Shown: positions 57,152-64,000 of the stretch, piece by piece
Numbering within the stretch: position 1 is the first letter of the stretch
Layout: each line of letters begins with the position of its first letter
Virus record (IMG/VR): IMGVR_UViG_2639762822_000001
Source of the DNA: a virus
Lineage: Duplodnaviria; Heunggongvirae; Uroviricota; Caudoviricetes
DNA length: 64,000 nucleotides
Reading direction: 5' to 3' (one strand)
Notes under the pieces: generated by a model
What the model saw: the letters and a program-made list of their open reading frames with translations, nothing else
Told to the model about the DNA's origin: nothing
Database searches by the model: none
Program-made: the position numbers and the translations under genes

Positions 57152-57936
57152 GTCTCATCTCCCTTGAGTAAGTCTCTATGACGCAGGTGATGCGTCGTAT
57201 GTTTCTGGTACATTCCTCCGTAATAAGCCCGGCAGCTAAGACGGTCGATTTGGTGATGGAGAATCATTCCCTCTCCGATATAGACCGCGCAGTGATCAGG
57301 CATCTTCCCGTACTGGATGAAGAAGATGTCTCCTGGCTGTGGTTCCGTCCCTGGGGCCAGGCGCACTAATCCTTCTTTGCGATAGTTCTGATCAAGAATG
57401 TCGTTGTCGCCCGTGTACCACGATGGAATGTGCAAATGGGCATTGGGGTTAAGGTCGACGCCGAACTTGCGCTTAAGGTAGTCGCGGCACAACATCCAGC
57501 AATCGAAAACGCCAAACACATACGGCCGGCCTACATAGGGCATTTCGAAGCCATCCGGGGTGATCACATTCATCTCGCTAAAGTGGAAAGAAGCATCCCC
57601 CTCAACATTCTTGCGAACAGCCAGAATCATCCACGGTACTTCCGTGGCTTCGCAGCCTGCACGATCGGCATCTGACGCTTCCGCAGACTCATCAGTATGT
57701 GAATGCCAGATAGCAATCACCTCGCCTGCATCTTCTGCGGCCATGATGTCGTCTACGTGCATAACGAAAGTGTTTTGCGGGTTTTCCGACACGTTCCGAG
57801 CTTCCATAAAGCGATATTTATCGCCATGAGTACGCACCAGAAAGCCACACGCTTCGTTAGGGTAGCGATTGATGGCGCAGAGATAGATTTGCTGCATAAC
57901 GTCCGAACCAAGCTCAGGGAGCGCTTTATTACCCAT
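57139..57936 (-). CDS. lambda gpK-like tail protein (MPN/JAMM plus NlpC/P60)
   Basis: JAMM motif HSHTDESAEASD (HxHx7Sx2D) and a downstream Cys-containing NlpC/P60-like segment. Confidence 0.8.
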   Translation of the reverse strand: MGNKALPELGSDVMQQIYLCAINRYPNEACGFLVRTHGDKYRFMEARNVSENPQNTFVMHVDDIMAAEDAGEVIAIWHSHTDESAEASDADRAGCEATEVPWMILAVRKNVEGDASFHFSEMNVITPDGFEMPYVGRPYVFGVFDCWMLCRDYLKRKFGVDLNPNAHLHIPSWYTGDNDILDQNYRKEGLVRLAPGTEPQPGDIFFIQYGKMPDHCAVYIGEGMILHHQIDRLSCRAYYGGMYQKHTTHHLRHRDLLKGDETCLS

Positions 57937-58660
57937 AACGCGTTGCTCCTATAAACCCGCCAAAATGGATAACGCCATTGGCGAAGAAATTTCGACGAGC
58001 GTTGCATGAGTCGTAGCGTTTCGTGCAGTAATCCGCGCCTGACATCGTGGTTTGCTGGTTGTTCTTGTCGAAGTACGGACCGGTGTAGCCGCATTCGGGG
58101 CCACGGTACTTCCACGGACAGGTATTTTTGATAATCTGGCGATACGGCAGCTGCACGCCCATTAGATCGAACACACTGGACAACTCGAACTCGACAACCT
58201 CATGTGTTTCGAGAGTTTTTTGTTCGATAAACCACATTTCATCCGGGAAATGCTGGTTTGGATCGGCGGTGGGATTGCCGTCTTTGAAGTTGGCCGCATC
58301 GAGGAAACGGGCCAGCGTCATCTTGCGAATTACACGGCAACCAACCAGATCATCATTGGCCTGGACTTCAGCCGAGACGGTTCCTGCAAAGTTGGAAACC
58401 TGAATTTTTGGACGCGGCAAAGTACCCTGACCAGTCTTATCAAAGCCTGATGCTTTGATTGGCCACGGTTCATAGGTCACCCCCTGCCAAACGACTGACT
58501 CCATCAGTTCGTTCGTGCCGGCGTGAAAATACAGCTTGCCCCCAGAAGTAGTGTTCGACATATCCAGCTCGAACAGCTCAATGAGCGCGGAGGGTGACAA
58601 GCTTTGAATATCAGCTTTAATACCCATTGTTTCATCCTTGAAATTAACAGGCGCCAACAT
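57929..58660 (-). CDS. lambda gpL-like minor tail protein
   Basis: Conserved C-terminal NTCPWKYRGPECGYTGP motif and overall collinearity with gpL. Confidence 0.85.
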   Translation of the reverse strand: MLAPVNFKDETMGIKADIQSLSPSALIELFELDMSNTTSGGKLYFHAGTNELMESVVWQGVTYEPWPIKASGFDKTGQGTLPRPKIQVSNFAGTVSAEVQANDDLVGCRVIRKMTLARFLDAANFKDGNPTADPNQHFPDEMWFIEQKTLETHEVVEFELSSVFDLMGVQLPYRQIIKNTCPWKYRGPECGYTGPYFDKNNQQTTMSGADYCTKRYDSCNARRNFFANGVIHFGGFIGATRYG

Positions 58661-58716
58661 CCTGTCAGCGCCTACAAATAATAGTAAATAAGCACTTACC
58701 TATCCAGTAGGATAAA

Positions 58717-59052
58717 TCAACCCTCAAACACTTGTCTGAACGTAGCTGTGAGTAAGAGATGCCCCTGATAGCGTTTCACCGTGTGGCTGTCGCACACCAC
58801 AATGATTTTCTTGCCTCTCGGGTTCGTCCAATAAAATGACTCGACCGCGGCCCGCTCTGTCAGGAAATCGTCAATGGCGTTAATCACATCATGTGTTCTT
58901 GTGAAGGTTAGAGACCACTCTTCTTTAATGCGATTAAGCCCTTTGCTCTGGCGCTGCTCATAATCGTCGCCAAAATTTAAAACTGTCACATTCGGTTTGA
59001 CGGTTATTTCAGACTCGTAATCCGGGTACCAAGTGAAGGTTTTTCTTTCCAT
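58717..59052 (-). CDS. lambda gpM-like minor tail protein
   Basis: KTFTW...NFGDDYEQRQSKGLN...FYWT pattern as in gpM; start at the internal ATG. Confidence 0.75.
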   Translation of the reverse strand: MERKTFTWYPDYESEITVKPNVTVLNFGDDYEQRQSKGLNRIKEEWSLTFTRTHDVINAIDDFLTERAAVESFYWTNPRGKKIIVVCDSHTVKRYQGHLLLTATFRQVFEG

Positions 59053-59092
59053 TTCATGTCCTTGTGATGCTGCCCGCCAGGGCAGCAATTGG

Positions 59093-62000
59093 TTAGTTAC
59101 GTTTCGAGTTCGGGTTAAGTGATCCGCCTGGTCTCTTTTCCTGAGCGATGGTTTCGAGTGCGATCGCTTTCATTCGCTGTGCGGCATTGTTCCATGCACT
59201 CTCTGTGTTAGCGCTCTCTGTTGTGCTTCCATCGCTGTTGACGTTGATCGCAATGGAAACCGGGGACACAACGCTTCCACCACCTTTAAACCCATCGGTG
59301 TTAAGCGTAACCGGAATGGTTCGTCCATCAGGCAGAGGTACGTATGCTTCGTTCATATCCCCTTCGCCAAACAGCGCAAGCTGCGGTGAATTGGCAATCC
59401 CGCCGTTCCGATAAGCGCGAAGCGGAACAACGCCGTCCTTGCCGAAAATGCCACCGTTAGCGAACTTCGGAATATCAGGAATACCACTCGTTCCATCCGC
59501 GGCTGAACCGGTCAGGTTGTTAAAACCTGATGTTGAGCTGGATGAGCCAGAAGATGTGCTGTCAAACCCACCTCCTGCCCAGGCAGATGCCAGCCCAGAG
59601 GCGATGGTCATACCAAAGCCCAACCACTTGTTACCTGAACCCGATGCATTCGCGCCCAGCATGGCAAATGCGGCAGAAAGAGCACCGGTTACAGAACTGA
59701 GGTTTTGCATAGAGAAAATCGAAGTCTTCACCGCTTTGGTTTCGGCATCTTTGGCCTCAGTACTGGTGAACAATCCATTTACCCAGCTGCCGATCGCGTT
59801 CGTTGCCGAGCCGATCGCATTTGCTGTCTCCTGGGTCGTCTGCCCCAGACCGGACACAGAGCTGGAGGTCTCCTTCGTTGCTTCACCTACAGATTTGTCA
59901 CCATTGACAGCGTTCATACGGACGCCCTGGTTCGCGACGGCTGAAGATACGCCTGTCAGCAGGTTTCCGCTTTGAGAGCTGCCGGCCGCCGTCGTCCCCA
60001 TGCCCAGCATGTTCATAAGCGGCAGAGTGATCTGCGTCTTAATAACCATGTTGGTGATGTCACGGAGAATGGATTCGGCCAGGCTGGAGAAATCCATTTT
60101 CCCCTTCATGACAAAGTCGGTGAGCGTGTCTGTCAGGCTACTAAAGAGATTGCTCCAGCTGCTTTCCAGCTGCTCGGCCAGGTTCTCATATTCAAGCGCC
60201 AGCTTTTGTGTAGCAGTCCCGGTCTCTTTAATGAGCGCGGTATTACCAGCGGCAACAAGCTGGTTGATCTGCTTCGTATACAGGGCCACGATTTTCGGGT
60301 CGGAAGCCTGTTCGCGCAGATCCATCAGAGCTTTCAGATTACGATTGTAGGTGTCGTTGAAATCAGCCACCTTCTCTTCACGAGACTTCGTATACCCTGC
60401 GCTAATGATGGAGTCGGACTCCGGCGCCCAGGTAGAGATCATCTGCTCGACGTTGCGGCGATTGAACATCTCACGATAGTCGTCGCTCGCATTCGCCAGA
60501 TCAGCCAGGCGAGATTTTGCCTTGTCGATCATCTCCTGAGTGATGAACTCGTTCGGAACAGCGTTAGCAAGGTCAGTCAGTGATTTTGTGGTATTTCGAA
60601 GAGACTGATCAAACGACACGGTCGCTTTAGAGCTTTCACCCATTTGCCCCATCAGCTGATCGGCTTTATCCAATGCTTTCTGGTAGCCGGCCGCCAGTTT
60701 ACGCTGCGCACTCTCTTCTTTCTTCGCTGCACGCTGGGCAGCGTTTGCTGTACGCTGGCCCGCTTTTTCTGCTGCTGCTGCGTCCTGCTCACGCGCTTTG
60801 GTCAGAGCGGCAATAGCTGCGGTTCGCTCCTCGTCGCTCATTTTCTCCAGAGAACTGGCACTTGAGGCTTTTTGCAGGTTCAGCTGAGTCTTGAGCTGCT
60901 TAGGCCCAATAATCGGCTTACCCTCAAAGTCCATCATCGGTGTGCCGTCTGGCAAGGTTCGCTGGTACGTTCCAGAATCCATCTGGTTGCGCATAAACTG
61001 AGCCAGAGCTTTCTGAGCAGCTTTATCGGTCGTCCCGAGGCCCAGAACCGTTCCCTGGTTGGAAAGGACGCCCTTACCAGTTTTGGCTGCATTATCACGC
61101 TCAAACTCTGCCTGAGTCAGTTCCTGAGCAACCGCCTCCAGATGCTCCTGATAGCCGCGAATACTGCCTTGCAGCTTCTGTACCTGCTCGGTATTACCCT
61201 CCTTTTTGGCTTTCTCCAGCAGGTCGCTAAAATGTGCAATCTGCTTTTCGGTAGCAGTCTTACGTGATGACAAAGAGTCGACCAGCTTTTGTGCTGGTTC
61301 CAGATAGGACTTGTTTACCGTTTCGCGAAGCGGTTTGAGCAGGTTGTTCTTCTCTTCGTCAGAGAGAGATTTGTCGTCATTGATTTTCTGGATCTGTTCC
61401 AGTGCATCCTGACGCGCCTTCACGAATGTCGCGGAAAATAACTGGTTATCCGCGCGGATTTTTTCAATCTGGGATTCGGCAGCCTCTTTTGCCAGACGCT
61501 TCGCTACAGCGCCGTCCCCAAGCGCGATCGTGCCGGTGAGCGTTTTGTACTCTTCCTGATTCTTTTTCAGGCGAGCCTCAATATCAGCCTTCGACTCAGT
61601 AACGGTCACAGCACCGACAGTGCGAGAGACATAGTTCAGCCCTTGCCCCGTTTTCAGGGCTTGCTGGTCTGCCTGAATTTCTTTTTCAAGTTTGCCTGCA
61701 CGTTCTGCCATCTGCGCACGTTTGGCCGCCGTCATCGCTTCCGGGATCTTGCGAATCTCGTCCACAACTTTTGACGTTTCGCTGCGGAGCATGGTCATAT
61801 ACGTGATCAGCCCGGCAACAGCTACGGTAGCAACGGTAAATGCTGCACCAATGGGGTTGGCTGCGATGAACGCAGTCAGTCCGGCGAATGCTCCCTGCAG
61901 ACCCGTAATCGCACCACGAATGGCAAAAATGAGTGATGGGATCGGGGCCAGGCCCAACCGAGCTGCGCGGTTGAATCGGGTAATGGCCGTCGCGCCAAGA

Positions 62001-63673
62001 TTGAACGGCGCCTGGAGAACAGTCGACATCGTCGCGAACGTATTCACCATCTGTCCGGCTGTGCCGATCACGCCCATGATGCCGGCTCGCATCAGTTTGA
62101 AAGCCACCATCGCGGCCACAACCTTACCGAGATTGATGATCAGTTCCTGATTCTTCGCCAACCACTGAGCCAGCTCTCTCAGGGCGTCAATAGCAGTGGA
62201 AAGGCCAGCTCCCAGAGAATTAGCAAAGGAAATGCCTTCTGCGCTGTTCATGATGGAAGCCAGCTCTTTCATCCCCTTGGAAAGAGAATCCAGATAGCCC
62301 GCCTGACCGATGCGATCAGCAAACAACGTGAAGGAGGTTTGCAGCTGCGCCAGCGCACCGGTGTAGGTTTGCATCATGTCTTTGGCCGCGTTTTCGTTTT
62401 CAGCACGCAGCCCAACAAACATCAGCGATAGCGCCTGCTTCGCTTCCACTGTACCGGTGGAAACTGCTTTGGTCAGTTCCCCCATAGTGATACCGGCAGC
62501 GTCTGCCATCGCTTTCATCGCGTTAGGAACGGCTTCACCCAATTGCTGACGCAGTTCTTCCATCGACACGACGCCCTTACCGGACATCTGCTGGACAGCT
62601 ACGGCTGCACGTTTAAGTAGTTCACTGTCCCCGCCAAAACGTGCGACCGAGTCCACCAGCGCTTTCAAAGAGCCGTCAGTAGGATCAAGACCAGCCGAAC
62701 GGAATTTGACGAAGGAGTCGGTCAGCGCCTGCATAGCGAACGGGGCATTTTGTGCCATATTGACGATGTACTGCATATCGTCAGCGGCCGCCTGGCCAGG
62801 GTTGGCCTTGTCCTTATTCAGACCGCGCAGCATGACGCGCATACGCTCCATCTCGGCAGCGGCTTCAATAATCGGCTTCTGCCAACCGAAAAGAATGTCG
62901 GTTACTGTTCGGGCCGCATCACCGATCTCACCCAACAGAAAAATGTTACCGCGCAGCCCGGAGAACATGCCTCCTTCATAGCTTCTGCCGTCATGACCGG
63001 AAGACCAGCCGCGGCGACCATTTCCGCCATAACCAGAGCCATTCCCGTCGCCCGTCGCCCGTACACGTACCGGCTTGCTAATCAGCTGCTGGCGACTGAT
63101 AACCGCATCCATCTGATCGCGGACCTTTTTAAGCCCTTCGGCAGCCTGGTTGGTCGTGACGCCCCAATTACTTAATCGCTTAGTTGTGGTGTTAAGGCGT
63201 GTATTCATGCCGCTGACGGATGCAGAGGCTTCCTTTACCTCCGTACCAAAGCGGCCAGCGCTTTTGCTCGCAAACGTTGCCCAATCTGAAAACTCATTGA
63301 GTTCAGACTGAACCTTTCGCAGCGAGGAAGTCAGTTTGTTGACGGATGAGGTTGTGTGGTCGACTCTTTCAACCAGGGTTTTTAAGCCTGAGTTGAGACT
63401 GGTGATATTGCTACGCGTTTTACGAGAAGCATCAGAAACAAGCTCGAAGCCGGCAGCTACGTCCTGTAGTTTATCTGCCGTGGCATCGAGCTTAGATTCA
63501 AGAACGCCGATGATGCGGGAGACCGAACCCAGCGAGCGTTCCAGACTATTAATTTTTTGAGCTGGCTTAGTGGCCTGCTCTCCGAATCTGGTAAGTAGCT
63601 TACCCGCCCGGTCAATTGACGCTGTAAACTGTTTGTCTTCCAGCGACAGGATAAACTCTACGTTTTGTGACAT
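59093..63673 (-). CDS. tail tape measure protein (gpH-like)
   Basis: About 1500 aa, coiled-coil rich with internal hydrophobic segments; the ORF opens at a TTG (63694) but the first ATG with an AGAGGA ribosome-binding site is at 63673. Confidence 0.85.
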   Translation of the reverse strand: MSQNVEFILSLEDKQFTASIDRAGKLLTRFGEQATKPAQKINSLERSLGSVSRIIGVLESKLDATADKLQDVAAGFELVSDASRKTRSNITSLNSGLKTLVERVDHTTSSVNKLTSSLRKVQSELNEFSDWATFASKSAGRFGTEVKEASASVSGMNTRLNTTTKRLSNWGVTTNQAAEGLKKVRDQMDAVISRQQLISKPVRVRATGDGNGSGYGGNGRRGWSSGHDGRSYEGGMFSGLRGNIFLLGEIGDAARTVTDILFGWQKPIIEAAAEMERMRVMLRGLNKDKANPGQAAADDMQYIVNMAQNAPFAMQALTDSFVKFRSAGLDPTDGSLKALVDSVARFGGDSELLKRAAVAVQQMSGKGVVSMEELRQQLGEAVPNAMKAMADAAGITMGELTKAVSTGTVEAKQALSLMFVGLRAENENAAKDMMQTYTGALAQLQTSFTLFADRIGQAGYLDSLSKGMKELASIMNSAEGISFANSLGAGLSTAIDALRELAQWLAKNQELIINLGKVVAAMVAFKLMRAGIMGVIGTAGQMVNTFATMSTVLQAPFNLGATAITRFNRAARLGLAPIPSLIFAIRGAITGLQGAFAGLTAFIAANPIGAAFTVATVAVAGLITYMTMLRSETSKVVDEIRKIPEAMTAAKRAQMAERAGKLEKEIQADQQALKTGQGLNYVSRTVGAVTVTESKADIEARLKKNQEEYKTLTGTIALGDGAVAKRLAKEAAESQIEKIRADNQLFSATFVKARQDALEQIQKINDDKSLSDEEKNNLLKPLRETVNKSYLEPAQKLVDSLSSRKTATEKQIAHFSDLLEKAKKEGNTEQVQKLQGSIRGYQEHLEAVAQELTQAEFERDNAAKTGKGVLSNQGTVLGLGTTDKAAQKALAQFMRNQMDSGTYQRTLPDGTPMMDFEGKPIIGPKQLKTQLNLQKASSASSLEKMSDEERTAAIAALTKAREQDAAAAEKAGQRTANAAQRAAKKEESAQRKLAAGYQKALDKADQLMGQMGESSKATVSFDQSLRNTTKSLTDLANAVPNEFITQEMIDKAKSRLADLANASDDYREMFNRRNVEQMISTWAPESDSIISAGYTKSREEKVADFNDTYNRNLKALMDLREQASDPKIVALYTKQINQLVAAGNTALIKETGTATQKLALEYENLAEQLESSWSNLFSSLTDTLTDFVMKGKMDFSSLAESILRDITNMVIKTQITLPLMNMLGMGTTAAGSSQSGNLLTGVSSAVANQGVRMNAVNGDKSVGEATKETSSSVSGLGQTTQETANAIGSATNAIGSWVNGLFTSTEAKDAETKAVKTSIFSMQNLSSVTGALSAAFAMLGANASGSGNKWLGFGMTIASGLASAWAGGGFDSTSSGSSSSTSGFNNLTGSAADGTSGIPDIPKFANGGIFGKDGVVPLRAYRNGGIANSPQLALFGEGDMNEAYVPLPDGRTIPVTLNTDGFKGGGSVVSPVSIAINVNSDGSTTESANTESAWNNAAQRMKAIALETIAQEKRPGGSLNPNSKRN

Positions 63674-63680
63674 TCCCTTG

Positions 63681-63950
63681 TCATCCTCTGCCAAAAATTT
63701 GCATCAGTTGCTCTTTGGCGTCAGGGTCTGCCTTATCCTTACGTGGATCGTAGACTTTATCGGTAACGACTGGTCTTCCAATCCTGAGTTGCAAACCCTC
63801 CATGAACGCCTTTACGCCCTCGCCATCTGCCTGGGCAGCGCGAGCGACTTGTAGGTTGCGGACATCCTCTTCCGCACGTAGACGGTCGATGTTGCGACTG
63901 AGCATCCAGAACATCGTGAGAGGGACGCCCAGCAGCTCTATTGGCGACAC
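63681..63950 (-). CDS. tail assembly chaperone T-like frame (probable -1 frameshift extension of a G-like gene that begins beyond the window)
   Basis: Position immediately upstream of the tape measure; no ATG start (the first codon is a GTG located just past the annotated start, and the frame stays open upstream of it); the upstream gene is cut by the window edge. Confidence 0.35.
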   Translation of the reverse strand: MSPIELLGVPLTMFWMLSRNIDRLRAEEDVRNLQVARAAQADGEGVKAFMEGLQLRIGRPVVTDKVYDPRKDKADPDAKEQLMQIFGRG

Positions 63951-64000
63951 GGCGTAGTGAGCAACTACACGACTGAAATAGAACCCGAGATCTATCGAGA

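Noticed and set aside
1-64000. CRISPR arrays, transposases or insertion sequences
   Set aside because: No regularly spaced short repeats with unique spacers and no transposase or DDE-like ORFs were found; the only regular repeat arrays are the RepA iterons

Overview
This 64-kb window reads as one arm of an SSU5/pHCM2-like phage-plasmid of Enterobacteriaceae. Almost all genes are on the minus strand. Calls rest on motif reading of the six-frame translations and direct reading of the DNA; no database searches were run.

Three modules are recognisable:
- A plasmid maintenance module: a P1-type iteron replicon with repA at 7300..8355, 11 upstream origin iterons with GATC clusters, about 14 downstream incA-like iterons, and a small ParA plus a ribbon-helix-helix partner at 42785..43809.
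- A T4-like DNA replication and recombination block: SbcC/SbcD (gp46/47-like), a UvsX/RecA-like recombinase, a gp32-like SSB, a 5'-3' exonuclease/flap endonuclease (RNaseH-like), a DnaE-type Pol III alpha, a CobS-like AAA+ ATPase with a CobT-like vWA partner, ATP-dependent ligase, DnaG-like primase, DnaB-like helicase, NrdC-like glutaredoxin, PhoH, a RuvC-like resolvase, and a tRNA cluster with tRNA-Ser, tRNA-Asn and one interrupted tRNA-like gene.
- A lysis cassette followed by a lambda-like tail module, read right to left: tape measure H, M, L, K, I, a J-like protein, then a tail fibre with a C-terminal intramolecular chaperone domain.

Features that fixed-type annotation would miss:
- A tyrosine recombinase preceded by a perfect LexA box and a 13-7-13 lox/dif-like inverted repeat.
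- A family of at least 14 copies of a 20-bp palindromic promoter/operator-like motif in intergenic regions.
- A second palindrome, GAAAACAAnTTGTTTTC, in front of three operons.
- A conserved translation-initiation context, AAGGAAA-ACACATG.
- A roughly 720-bp highly structured noncoding region after the tRNAs.
- Several AT-rich orphan cargo genes, including a protein with a C-terminal HEPN-like Rx4HG motif that could be an abortive-infection or exclusion gene.
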